Source: a virus
Lineage: Duplodnaviria > Caudoviricetes
DNA: 57,803 nt
Direction: 5' to 3' (one strand)
Virus record (IMG/VR): IMGVR_UViG_3300009154_000067
Span: 1-57,803 of that record
Positions within the stretch are counted from its first letter, which is position 1. Each line of letters starts with the position of its first letter. Below, in pieces: positions 6,555 to 14,751 of this stretch. The notes beneath the pieces were generated by a model, which searched no databases, was not told where the DNA came from, and was given only the letters and a program-made list of their open reading frames with translations. The position numbers were made by a program, and so were the translations under genes.

Positions 6555-6977
6555 ATGATCGACTCGTTTACGGGAGAACATAGATTTCTCTCTAATTTCT
6601 GGCCTGTTGATATTGAATATCTTGGCGTGATATATCCTAGTGTCGAACATGCCTATCAGGCGTCTAAGACCAATGATCCTGAAGAGCGCAAATTAATTCT
6701 ACAAGCTAAAACAGCAGGCATCGCCAAGAGGCTTGGTAAGTTTCTTATCATTCGTCCCGATTGGGATAATGTTAAAGTTCCCATTATGCATCATCTTGTC
6801 TGGAAGAAATTTCAGAACAAGGAATTGAATGATCTACTTCAGGCAACAGGCGACTGTGACCTAGTTGAAGGTAATACCTGGGGTGATACTTTCTGGGGCA
6901 TCTGTAATGGACAAGGTAAAAATCATCTAGGCAAAATTTTGATGCACGAACGAACGTGGAACAAAGTCAATGATTGA
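6555..6977 (+). CDS. NADAR family protein
   Basis: FLSNF, YPSVEHAYQA, AKRLG, RPDW..VK..M, KF, LVEGN.WGD.FWG and G.N.LG motifs. Confidence 0.92.
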   Translation: MIDSFTGEHRFLSNFWPVDIEYLGVIYPSVEHAYQASKTNDPEERKLILQAKTAGIAKRLGKFLIIRPDWDNVKVPIMHHLVWKKFQNKELNDLLQATGDCDLVEGNTWGDTFWGICNGQGKNHLGKILMHERTWNKVND

Positions 6978-7365
6978 TTGTGCTATTCTTGGTGACAGTA
7001 TTGCTGTTGGGGTTTCTCAGCAGCGACCAGAATGCATTTGTATGGCTACAGTCGGCATTTCCTCCATGGCATATATTCAGCGATTTCCGCGCCATGTAAA
7101 TTCTGGCAACATTCTTATTAGCCTTGGTTCTAATGATGGCAATAGCATCACCACCAAGACAGCCCTAGAAACCCTCAGAGAGCGGGTACACGGGCAGGTG
7201 ACGTGGCTACTATCAGCCAACAATCAAGCCGCCCATGATATCGCCAGGGCTGTTGCCGCAAGGTTTGGCGATAGGGTTCTGGAGGTCAAGCCTGCTGTCG
7301 GCAGGGATGGGGTTCATCCTACGACAGCAGGTTATCGAGAGTTGGCTAATGGCTGGCGTAACTGA
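6970..7365 (+). CDS. SGNH/GDSL hydrolase-like protein
   Basis: GDSI block I, LGSND block III, DGVHP block V. Confidence 0.85.
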   Translation: MIDCAILGDSIAVGVSQQRPECICMATVGISSMAYIQRFPRHVNSGNILISLGSNDGNSITTKTALETLRERVHGQVTWLLSANNQAAHDIARAVAARFGDRVLEVKPAVGRDGVHPTTAGYRELANGWRN

Positions 7366-7522
7366 AATAAAAGAACCAGGGTTCCAAGAAGCTTTTTGGA
7401 ATTGGTGGGACTCTCTTGATAAAAACATCAAAGACCGATTTAAAAACTATCAAGAAGATGCTGCTCACATATATTTTTACAATGCTATTTGGTCAAAATA
7501 TAACAAATTTGATAAAAAATAG
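7349..7522 (+). CDS. Hypothetical protein
   Basis: Overlapping gene chain; FWNWWD motif. Confidence 0.65.
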   Translation: MAGVTEIKEPGFQEAFWNWWDSLDKNIKDRFKNYQEDAAHIYFYNAIWSKYNKFDKK

Positions 7523-7564
7523 TTCTTGACTTTCTCCTGTTCCTAGAGTATAAATATAAGTGTT

Positions 7565-7806
7565 ACCGTTGATAACGACTAAATAAGTTAAGCAGGACCG
7601 GAGGGCAGTGCTCCGCATTTCCACCATATTATGGGAATGAAACAGGATCGACTGATGACATTAAGGGTTGAAGTAGGTGATGGCGCGGAAGCTGCCTTAA
7701 CGCAACGAAAACAATAAATGCTAACGACAACGGACGCATTGCTCTAGCCGCTTAAGCTAGGACTGGGCTTTACTGGTTGTGCCTGGAAACAGAAACAATC
7801 TTACCC
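7565..7806 (+). ncRNA. ssrA: Circularly permuted (two-piece) tmRNA, tag ANDNGRIALAA
   Basis: T-arm plus CATTTCC-ACCA (ends 7626) precedes GGGAATG (7633), giving a G3.U70 acceptor stem. Resume codon GCT at 7720; tag ORF 7720-7755. Confidence 0.9.
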
Positions 7807-7844
7807 ATTTTTTACACAGACACACACATAAAGGATAAACAAAA

Positions 7845-8072
7845 ATGAATGCTTATGAAATCAGATTGCAGATATTGACTATGGCCAAGGATATGCTTTT
7901 TCAGGAATGGGGAATGAAGGAGCGCGCTGCTTCTGAAGAATTTTATCAGAAAAGAGAAATTGCGAATAGAGCAAATTCATTCGTGCCATTTCCAGAAATA
8001 GCGCCAATGCCGAGTGCCAATAATATTTTAGAATTGGCAGAAAATTTGAATAAATTCTTGAATAGAGTATAG
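7845..8072 (+). CDS. Hypothetical protein
   Basis: MNAYEIRLQIL.MAKDML motif; AAGGA RBS. Confidence 0.75.
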   Translation: MNAYEIRLQILTMAKDMLFQEWGMKERAASEEFYQKREIANRANSFVPFPEIAPMPSANNILELAENLNKFLNRV

Positions 8073-8248
8073 AGATACTGCTAAGATTTGTTCTTGTTCT
8101 AAGTAAAATTTTATGTTGAATCAAGAACCATCGAATGACAAATTATTTATAATTATTCCTACTCATCATCGAGTCATGCCCACCATAATTTTTAATGATA
8201 TTAAAGGGGTTTCTCCTTCTCCTTTACTGGATGTAGCTACGCAAGTAC

Positions 8249-8336
8249 GGAAGATAGGCTCCAAGGTGGAGACACGGTCTTGAAAACCGTCCCAGCCCTC
8301 TAAAGGCTGATAGTTCAATTCTATTATCTTCCTCCA
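8249..8336 (+). tRNA. tRNA-Ser(TGA)
   Basis: GGAAGAT/ATCTTCC acceptor, CT-TGA-AA loop, long variable arm, CCA end. Confidence 0.85.
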
Positions 8337-8364
8337 TTTTTTTATCAGTGTAAGGCTGATGCTT

Positions 8365-8934
8365 TTATTTTTGTCTGACTACAATATGACCTGCTTTTGA
8401 AGTCACTTCATGGGTAGATTCGGGAAATACATTTTTGACTTCATCGACATATGATGAAGTTGGTTTGTTATTTTGCCAGGAACTTCCTTTGCCTTTATCA
8501 GCTTTTGTCATTTTACCGTTGCCAGATTTATCGCCTTCGTATGTTGTTATATGAACAATTCCGGTTCCTGGCTTCATAAATGATTTAGTTTGTCTTAATG
8601 CTTTTTCTCTTTGTTCAGGCTCTTTGATAACATTAAGAACGTTATGAAGACCAACGTAATCAGCGTTGCCTGATGCTTGTTTTTTAACTTGCGAATTATG
8701 TTCTTCTGATCTATTATATGGATCATGAACGTGAAATTTACTGCCTTCGACAGAACCTTCTACGAAGTCTTTACCTCTGTCAAATCTACCACCACCGTTA
8801 TCGACATTCAAGCTGTCGGGTTTAATCAGACCAGTTTTTACAGCATGCTTGACACCACCTGATACCTGTGATATAGATGTGTCTGCGCTAGTGTGTTCTT
8901 GCTGCTCTAAAATGAATTGCTTAAAATTTTTCAT
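8365..8934 (-). CDS. Late class I SAM-dependent methyltransferase-like protein with internal-protein-like leader
   Basis: VDNGGGRFD SAM motif, HDPYN, NVLNVI; leader MKNFKQFILE; minus-strand TATAAATA at 8956-8963. Confidence 0.7.
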   Translation of the reverse strand: MKNFKQFILEQQEHTSADTSISQVSGGVKHAVKTGLIKPDSLNVDNGGGRFDRGKDFVEGSVEGSKFHVHDPYNRSEEHNSQVKKQASGNADYVGLHNVLNVIKEPEQREKALRQTKSFMKPGTGIVHITTYEGDKSGNGKMTKADKGKGSSWQNNKPTSSYVDEVKNVFPESTHEVTSKAGHIVVRQK

Positions 8935-8955
8935 GATATTCCCCGTTTTTAAGAA

Positions 8956-8967
8956 TATTTATAAATA
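8956..8967. promoter_or_regulatory. Overlapping divergent late promoters (TATTTATAAATA palindrome)
   Basis: TATAAATA reads on both strands. Confidence 0.7.
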
Positions 8968-8974
8968 AGTTTAT

Positions 8975-9050
8975 CAGGGTATAGCTCAGTTAGTAGAGTA
9001 CCGCACTTGGAATGCGGAGGCCGCCGGGGCGGGACCAGCTACCCTGACCA
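8975..9050 (+). tRNA. tRNA-Pro(TGG)
   Basis: CAGGGTA/TACCCTG acceptor, CT-TGG-AA loop, ACCA end. Confidence 0.9.
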
Positions 9051-9055
9051 TATTT

Positions 9056-9085
9056 TATAAATATTCCTAAAAACAGGAGTATTTT
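9056..9085 (+). promoter_or_regulatory. Late promoter plus RBS-sequestering hairpin
   Basis: TATAAATA overlaps the AAATATTCCT/AGGAGTATTT stem. Confidence 0.75.
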
Positions 9086-9703
9086 ATGCTAAACTTTTCA
9101 CAATTCATACAATTGAATGAGCGTATAACTAATATTTTTCCTGATAGAAAAGAAGATCAAGAAAAATTACAAAATCATCTACCAGAAATTAATCGTCAAA
9201 TTGATAAATCATATGAAGATATTGGTGGATTTTTGGGTTCCAGAAAATTTGATATGCATAAAGTAATCACCAAACCAAATGAGTCTGGCAAAACAGTCGT
9301 TGTCGGTGGTGGTGCATATAAAGGAATGAAAAAAGGCAGAAGAAAGCTTTCGGTTATTCATCATGATGGAACCAAGCAAGGTAAAACAGAAGTTGCCAAT
9401 CGTATTATTGCTGATGATTTAAAGACAGGAAGAGCAGTCCATCATATTTCTGGCGGCATGATAGGATTTACTAAAAATGCCCTTGCTAAAAGAGGGGATA
9501 GTATGGAAAATTATGTCTTGCCTCTTCATAAAGTAAAAAAATTGTTTCCAGATGAAAATATTGGTCATGCTGATCCAGATAACGAAGATGTTAAAGCCCA
9601 TCCAAATTTACCTTGGTTTACTACTGAAGTTGGACCTGAAGGTAAAAAAGAAAAAGTACATAAAATCGCTTTGTCAGGCGCACCTGAACATCATAAAAAT
9701 TAG
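9086..9703 (+). CDS. Late hypothetical protein with internal-protein-like leader
   Basis: Leader MLNFSQFIQLNE; late promoter upstream. Confidence 0.75.
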   Translation: MLNFSQFIQLNERITNIFPDRKEDQEKLQNHLPEINRQIDKSYEDIGGFLGSRKFDMHKVITKPNESGKTVVVGGGAYKGMKKGRRKLSVIHHDGTKQGKTEVANRIIADDLKTGRAVHHISGGMIGFTKNALAKRGDSMENYVLPLHKVKKLFPDENIGHADPDNEDVKAHPNLPWFTTEVGPEGKKEKVHKIALSGAPEHHKN

Positions 9704-9758
9704 GTATTGACGTACCTATAAAATATGCTATAATGCTCGTATAAATATGGAGTAGATT

Positions 9759-9962
9759 TTGGTGACTAAAGAATATCGTGATACTTCAATTGTCGTTGCT
9801 GATGATGGCACTGCCACAGTTGAATTTATGGAATATGAAGATGATAAGCTATCTTATAGCAATGTCGTTTGCTTCAAAGATGAGGCTATAGCCAGACTAG
9901 CTATCAAGATGTTTATGTCTGAGTATAGCGGGCACGATATTTTTGGTGATTATGATTTCTGA
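9759..9962 (+). CDS. Hypothetical acidic protein
   Basis: GGAG RBS and upstream promoter. Confidence 0.6.
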   Translation: MVTKEYRDTSIVVADDGTATVEFMEYEDDKLSYSNVVCFKDEAIARLAIKMFMSEYSGHDIFGDYDF

Positions 9963-9978
9963 AATGGGGAATAACAAA

Positions 9979-10146
9979 ATGTCAAATTATTCAAGTGAAA
10001 TCCTGAAGAAATCTGCTTTTGTTGACGAAATTAATAATGTGATCAATGACCCACTTTCCGCTGGAATTTATGGCGAAGAGACTTTGAAGATCGTCAAAGA
10101 TTACTTGACAAGAAGGCTCGCAGAGATTATAAAAGAGCATGGATAA
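9979..10146 (+). CDS. Hypothetical protein
   Basis: ORF in gene chain. Confidence 0.6.
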   Translation: MSNYSSEILKKSAFVDEINNVINDPLSAGIYGEETLKIVKDYLTRRLAEIIKEHG

Positions 10147-10150
10147 ATAT

Positions 10151-10226
10151 GGGTCATGCGCCAGATGGGAAGGCAGTTGGTTTACATCCTACGATTGACG
10201 CGGTTCGATTCCGTGATGACCTACCA
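10151..10226 (+). tRNA. tRNA-Val(TAC)
   Basis: Cloverleaf, TT-TAC-AT loop, ACCA end. Confidence 0.85.
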
Positions 10227-10234
10227 TAAATATT

Positions 10235-10310
10235 GCCATTCAAGCTAACTTAGTAGAAGCGTGTGCCTGAAGAGCACGAGGACTTGGAGCGGAACCAAGG
10301 AATGGCACCA
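10235..10310 (+). tRNA. tRNA-Phe(GAA)
   Basis: GCCATTC/GAATGGC acceptor, CT-GAA-GA loop, ACCA end. Confidence 0.88.
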
Positions 10311-10320
10311 TTTTTTAAGT

Positions 10321-10392
10321 TTGGTGATGGTATTTACAGAAATGTACAATTTTGTAAACAAAAGTTAGTATGGTGAGACTTCCGATCACCAA
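10321..10392 (+). ncRNA. tRNA-sized structured RNA candidate
   Basis: TTGGTGAT/ATCACCAA closing stem and internal TTTACAGAA/TTTTGTAAA hairpin; flanked by T-runs like the neighbouring tRNAs. Confidence 0.45.
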
Positions 10393-10403
10393 GTTTTTTT
10401 TAT

Positions 10404-10476
10404 TGCCCACTAGATCAATTGGTAGATCAACGGACTCTGAATCCGCAGGTTCCTCGTTCAAATCGAGGGTGGGCAT
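10404..10476 (+). tRNA. tRNA-Gln(CTG)
   Basis: TGCCCAC/GTGGGCA acceptor, CT-CTG-AA loop; CCA not encoded. Confidence 0.9.
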
Positions 10477-10488
10477 TTAGTTTTTTAT

Positions 10489-10559
10489 TGCCGGATCGTC
10501 TAATGATAGGACAGCAGACTTTGAATCTGCGTATCTAGGTTTGAGTCCTAGTCTGGTAT
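10489..10559 (+). tRNA. tRNA-Gln(TTG)
   Basis: TGCCGGA/TCTGGTA acceptor, CT-TTG-AA loop; CCA not encoded. Confidence 0.88.
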
Positions 10560-10572
10560 TTAGTTTTTATAT

Positions 10573-10653
10573 GCTCCAGTAACCGCCATGAATACGAATC
10601 ATGAGTAAGGTAATTGAAGGCAGATGTAGGTTTGAGTCCTACCTAGAGCGCCA
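10573..10653 (+). tRNA. D-armless tRNA-Arg(ACG)-like with enlarged variable region
   Basis: GCTCCAG/CTAGAGC acceptor, 7-nt connector, CATGA-AT-ACG-AA-TCATG arm, 22-nt variable region, T-arm, GCCA end. Confidence 0.7.
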
Positions 10654-10660
10654 TTTTTAT

Positions 10661-10735
10661 GCCCTGATGATGGAACGGCAGACATAGCGGACTTAGAATC
10701 CGTGGGTTACTAGAATATCACCAGAATATTTTCTT
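10661..10735 (+). pseudogene. Truncated tRNA-Leu(TAG)
   Basis: Intact 5' half and GCGGA-CT-TAG-AA-TCCGT arm, but no recognisable T-arm before tRNA-Ala. Confidence 0.65.
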
Positions 10736-10811
10736 GGGCTTGTAGTGATAGAAGTTAGCACACCTGCCTTGCACGCAGGAAGACACGGGGCGGTACCGTG
10801 CTGGTCCACCA
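10736..10811 (+). tRNA. tRNA-Ala(TGC)
   Basis: G3.U70 pair, CT-TGC-AC loop, ACCA end. Confidence 0.9.
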
Positions 10812-10951
10812 TTAATGAACTTATCATAATAGTCTCTATCTTCCTAGCGTAATTTCTGTTCCTTCTGAAAGTCTTGGAGCGGTGGCTATGTTGTCTGGAA
10901 TGATTCCTACACAACCAAATCGACCCGCTGTTCCGGCAGCACGATAAATTT

Positions 10952-10974
10952 AGGGGGCGAAAGCCCCCTTTTTT
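10952..10974 (+). terminator. Rho-independent terminator
   Basis: AGGGGGC-GAAA-GCCCCCT followed by T-run. Confidence 0.9.
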
Positions 10975-11030
10975 ATTGACTAAATTCCGAATGCCTGCTA
11001 TATTTGCTTCATAGAACGGAGATACCTAAT

Positions 11031-11309
11031 ATGGCTGAAATCGCTCTTCCTGTCATTCGTCTGACTCCTGGCAATTGGAACAATCGTCCCATTGGTGGTC
11101 GTGAAATGAGTGTGGCGTATTCTTTGTATAACAAAGACGATCAGATAATTGATATCATGACTTTCGAAATTTATGGTGATCGGGCGTATGTAAACGATTG
11201 CTATGATCGCTGCTGGGAAGCTACCCGTGCTGATGCTCGTGCCGTAGTCCGTGATCTGAAGAATTGCGGATACAAGGAAACCGCTTACTGGACTCCCACG
11301 TTCGTATAA
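11031..11309 (+). CDS. Hypothetical early protein
   Basis: Promoter at 10976-11004; GGAG RBS. Confidence 0.7.
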   Translation: MAEIALPVIRLTPGNWNNRPIGGREMSVAYSLYNKDDQIIDIMTFEIYGDRAYVNDCYDRCWEATRADARAVVRDLKNCGYKETAYWTPTFV

Positions 11310-11357
11310 ATATAAATAAATGAATTGTGAATAATCAACATTTTAGAGGATTCGCTC

Positions 11358-13427
11358 ATGCTAGGATTTAAGGCATATAAAAAAGCAATAGACATTCATA
11401 CTATTGCTCCTGTATCTGAAGATCATCCTGACTACAGAGAATATGAAGTACAGAATATGCATTTTGGTGTAAATGATTATGTCCCCGAGATACGTTCAAG
11501 TGAAAATCTATCAGAAGATTTTTTCACTGAAGAACAGATTCGATATCCAGACCCAAATAATCCAAAAAAAACTATTATCGGTCATACTGGCGGTAAAAAA
11601 ACAAGTTCAGCCACACAACAGATTCGATATCCAGACCCAAATAATCCAAAAAGAATTATTATCGGTCATACTGGCGGTAAAAAAACAAGTTCAGCCACAC
11701 ACATATCCGTACCATCGCATGTTTTTACAGGTGGGCGAACGTCCGGTAATAAGCATTTCATGGGCATGGATGAACGCAATGTGATGCGCTCTGCTGTTTA
11801 TGGGGAGGACCACAGAGAACCATTGGGCCTTCAGGATATGACAAATATCCATAAACAAACATTGGAAAATCATTTCAATATGTCTGAATCAGAGCAGATA
11901 AAGGCAGAAAAAGAAGCAATCGAACGTCTCCATAGAGCCGGTCATCTTGATAGCAAAGATACTACAGATGAAGGTGAAAAGACTGATACTGTCGAGCATG
12001 AGCATGATGAGCAAGGCAGAAGCTTTGAAGCAGCATCGTCTAAAGGTGTAGCAGGTCATGCGGTTTATACACAAGGTCATGGGGATAATCAGAGACATTC
12101 AATTATAAACACTTGCTCAGGTCAAACAAGAGGATGTGGTGGTGGTATTGATATTCGCAAAGTAATTAATACCAAAGGGGAACCAAAACTCGATGATAAA
12201 GGCAAACCTGTTGAACAAAAAAGTATAGATACTTCTCGTGGCACATGTTTTGCACCGAAAGCAGAAACACAATATGTTGGTGCTTCTGTACGTAGAGCAT
12301 GTCATGAACAAGCAAAACACGATCCAGCAATGACCCGAGATTGGATTTTAGCACACACACATTCATTGCGTAATAGAGCCAATGAAGCAGACAAAAAAAA
12401 TAAGAGATTTCTTTTCCGCCCAAATGTGGTTGACGAAACAGATAGAAGTTCTCGCTATGTAATCAAACATTTGAATGCCCAAAGAGCCAAAGCAGGCAAA
12501 CCCCCAATTGTCGGGAATTCCTATGGTAAGACTAACGAACTCCATGATCCTGCAAATAATTGGCATGTAACATTTTCAAATCCTGGACCAAAAACTAAAC
12601 ACGGCGCAGAAATTTCTGAAAATAAAACTCGCGATTCTAATAGAGTATTAAATACTATATCTTCAACAGACAAAAATAATCAAGACATTAAAAACGATGA
12701 AGGCGAAAGAACACCAAACAAAAATTCATATCTCGTAACTAATATGCAGCGCGGCGGGGCTATGGATAAAAGATTCCAGGGTTCCGTAACTCATGCTAAA
12801 TATTGGGGAATTGGCAGAGAAGAAAAAGACCTTTCTCAAGCTGAGAGAGAAGAGGGAGACGAAGGGCATTTTGATGGTGAAGGCAAGCCAACAACACCAG
12901 ATAAAGCCCACTATGGTCATAGAACAATTACTGGGAATGATGGTGTTCGTAGACGATACGATTATCAAAAACAACATATTCTTCACCCAAGATTGGTAAA
13001 TGTTAATGGCCATGATATTCCTACAGATTCTCGTTTTCAGGATGAAAATTTTCTTCCCCCACCAAGCAGAAGATTTAAAACAAAAAATCGTAAAATCGCG
13101 GGGGCAATTCTAGTAACAACACCAACTACATCAACTAGTAAAATTCAACATCATTCTGTATTTACACATGATGTAAATGAAAATCATATTGATCACGCAA
13201 CACACCATAATGGTGAGTATGAAATCGACAAACCAGAAGATCAAGAAAAGGCTCGCGGAAATGAATATGATCCGCCAAGTCCAATTATTGATCCGAAAAA
13301 AGAAGCTGACAAAAAACGCAATGCAATTGCGAATGCAGCAAGACCAAGAATAAGGATAAGGATGAACAAGAAGAAATCCTCTAAAACAAGTTTACCAAAA
13401 AAACCATCTAAAGAAAAATGGTATTAA
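11358..13427 (+). CDS. Large His-rich late protein with Cys motif (GP88-like)
   Basis: Tandem TATAAATA at 11305-11318; TCSGQTRGC...GTCFA and RPNVVDE motifs. Confidence 0.6.
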   Translation: MLGFKAYKKAIDIHTIAPVSEDHPDYREYEVQNMHFGVNDYVPEIRSSENLSEDFFTEEQIRYPDPNNPKKTIIGHTGGKKTSSATQQIRYPDPNNPKRIIIGHTGGKKTSSATHISVPSHVFTGGRTSGNKHFMGMDERNVMRSAVYGEDHREPLGLQDMTNIHKQTLENHFNMSESEQIKAEKEAIERLHRAGHLDSKDTTDEGEKTDTVEHEHDEQGRSFEAASSKGVAGHAVYTQGHGDNQRHSIINTCSGQTRGCGGGIDIRKVINTKGEPKLDDKGKPVEQKSIDTSRGTCFAPKAETQYVGASVRRACHEQAKHDPAMTRDWILAHTHSLRNRANEADKKNKRFLFRPNVVDETDRSSRYVIKHLNAQRAKAGKPPIVGNSYGKTNELHDPANNWHVTFSNPGPKTKHGAEISENKTRDSNRVLNTISSTDKNNQDIKNDEGERTPNKNSYLVTNMQRGGAMDKRFQGSVTHAKYWGIGREEKDLSQAEREEGDEGHFDGEGKPTTPDKAHYGHRTITGNDGVRRRYDYQKQHILHPRLVNVNGHDIPTDSRFQDENFLPPPSRRFKTKNRKIAGAILVTTPTTSTSKIQHHSVFTHDVNENHIDHATHHNGEYEIDKPEDQEKARGNEYDPPSPIIDPKKEADKKRNAIANAARPRIRIRMNKKKSSKTSLPKKPSKEKWY
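11533..11700 (+). repeat. In-frame 84-bp (28-aa) tandem duplication
   Basis: QIRYPDPNNPK[KT/RI]IIGHTGGKKTSSAT occurs twice. Confidence 0.95.
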
Positions 13428-13466
13428 TTTATCTAAATAAATAACCTCATACAAAACACAATTTTT

Positions 13467-13503
13467 AAGGCTTGTATTTGTGATTCAGATACAAGCCTTT
13501 TTT
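13467..13503 (+). terminator. Rho-independent terminator
   Basis: AAGGCTTGTAT.../ATACAAGCCTT followed by T-run. Confidence 0.8.
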
Positions 13504-13524
13504 ATTTGAAAGGATTCTCATGAA

Positions 13525-13911
13525 ATGCACGGTTCAAATCTGCCACTAGGTAAGCATTTAATTTTGGAAATTTGGGGCACGCCTTATTCACTTCCGTTTT
13601 GGAATATGGATGAAGCTGCCGCAACTTTAGTCCAGTCGGCAAATGATGCTAAAGCCACGGTTTTAACAGAACGATGGCATCATTTTGGTACTGGATATGG
13701 ATATACCGGTGTGGTAATTTTAGCCGAAAGCCATTTGAGTGTTCATACATGGAATGAATATGGATATGCTGCAATTGACGCTTTTATGTGCGGCGAAGCC
13801 AATCCAGAATTGTGCATACCAAGAATTTTGAAATTCTATCATCCAAAAAAATATAAGGTGAATCTTATTGAAAGAGGATGTGAGCCAGATTCTTCTTTCA
13901 TTTTTGCATAA
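13525..13911 (+). CDS. speD: S-adenosylmethionine decarboxylase proenzyme (pyruvoyl)
   Basis: GKHL, G.TGVVILAESHLSVHTW.E.GYAAID.F.CG motif. Confidence 0.9.
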   Translation: MHGSNLPLGKHLILEIWGTPYSLPFWNMDEAAATLVQSANDAKATVLTERWHHFGTGYGYTGVVILAESHLSVHTWNEYGYAAIDAFMCGEANPELCIPRILKFYHPKKYKVNLIERGCEPDSSFIFA

Positions 13912-13919
13912 ATTTTTGC

Positions 13920-13970
13920 TTGACTGATTCCTCCTGATTGGGTATATTCTCTTCATAGACACAACGCGGA
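13920..13970 (+). promoter_or_regulatory. Early promoter cassette (repeated)
   Basis: TTGACT-17 nt-TATATT-CTCTTCATAGACACAACGCGGA. Confidence 0.8.
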
Positions 13971-13978
13971 GATTGATT

Positions 13979-14278
13979 ATGATCCAGATTTGGCAATATC
14001 ATTGTAATTTTTCTCATAGCCCATACACCATGGAAGAGGTTAAGACTGCCATCTACAATTCAAAGTACAAGCATGTCGCTACGTACTTTGATGATAACAT
14101 GAGCAATGCTTATTGTTTGACTCAAAATTTTGATCATTCCTGGGTAGAGACTGAGGAAGATTTGCTTTCTGTCAAGGTGGAAGGTTGTTGCCGTTCCACG
14201 ATGATTGGTGATATCATGATTAAGAATGGTGTTATCTTCATGGTTGATCGTGTTGGCTTTACGGAACTCGTCGTTTAA
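13979..14278 (+). CDS. Hypothetical early protein
   Basis: AY.LTQN...SW and RSTMIGD motifs. Confidence 0.75.
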   Translation: MIQIWQYHCNFSHSPYTMEEVKTAIYNSKYKHVATYFDDNMSNAYCLTQNFDHSWVETEEDLLSVKVEGCCRSTMIGDIMIKNGVIFMVDRVGFTELVV

Positions 14279-14284
14279 AACCAG

Positions 14285-14335
14285 TTGACATAGTTTTCAA
14301 AACTGTTTATATTCTCTTCATAGACACAACGCGGA
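14285..14335 (+). promoter_or_regulatory. Early promoter cassette (repeated)
   Basis: TTGACA-17 nt-TATATT; 28 nt identical to 13943-13970. Confidence 0.8.
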
Positions 14336-14345
14336 AACGGATATC

Positions 14346-14681
14346 ATGGTCATCACGAAGAATTCTCTGGAAAACATGATCTTGACTGCCAACACCGAAA
14401 GGCAGGCACAAATCATTGGCCGGGCTTGTCTGGCCCTTTTCAATCGTCAAACCGAAAGCGAACAGCAGATTAACGAAGCTGTAATTAATAATTTGGCTGG
14501 CTTCTGTAAGCAAGATGCTCGTGAGGGGTCAATTACTGCGAAGAGTTTTATCAAGAATAAGACTCTTGCGGAATGGCAGGTTGAAAAGTGGACAAAGCGA
14601 GATGTTCGTGGTACTATGCGTATCGCAAAGTATTGGCGGCAGTTGGCTGCTGTTTCTGCTTCCCGTGCTGTTGCTGCATAA
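14346..14681 (+). CDS. Hypothetical early protein
   Basis: RQT..EQ...N..GF...DA...KYWRQL pattern. Confidence 0.75.
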   Translation: MVITKNSLENMILTANTERQAQIIGRACLALFNRQTESEQQINEAVINNLAGFCKQDAREGSITAKSFIKNKTLAEWQVEKWTKRDVRGTMRIAKYWRQLAAVSASRAVAA

Positions 14682-14688
14682 AATCATG

Positions 14689-14731
14689 TTGACAGTGACG
14701 ATAGCTTAGGCTATATTCTCTTCATAGACAC
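14689..14731 (+). promoter_or_regulatory. Early promoter cassette (repeated)
   Basis: TTGACA-17 nt-TATATT-CTCTTCATAGACAC. Confidence 0.8.
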
Positions 14732-14751
14732 ACAGCACGGAGACTACCACG

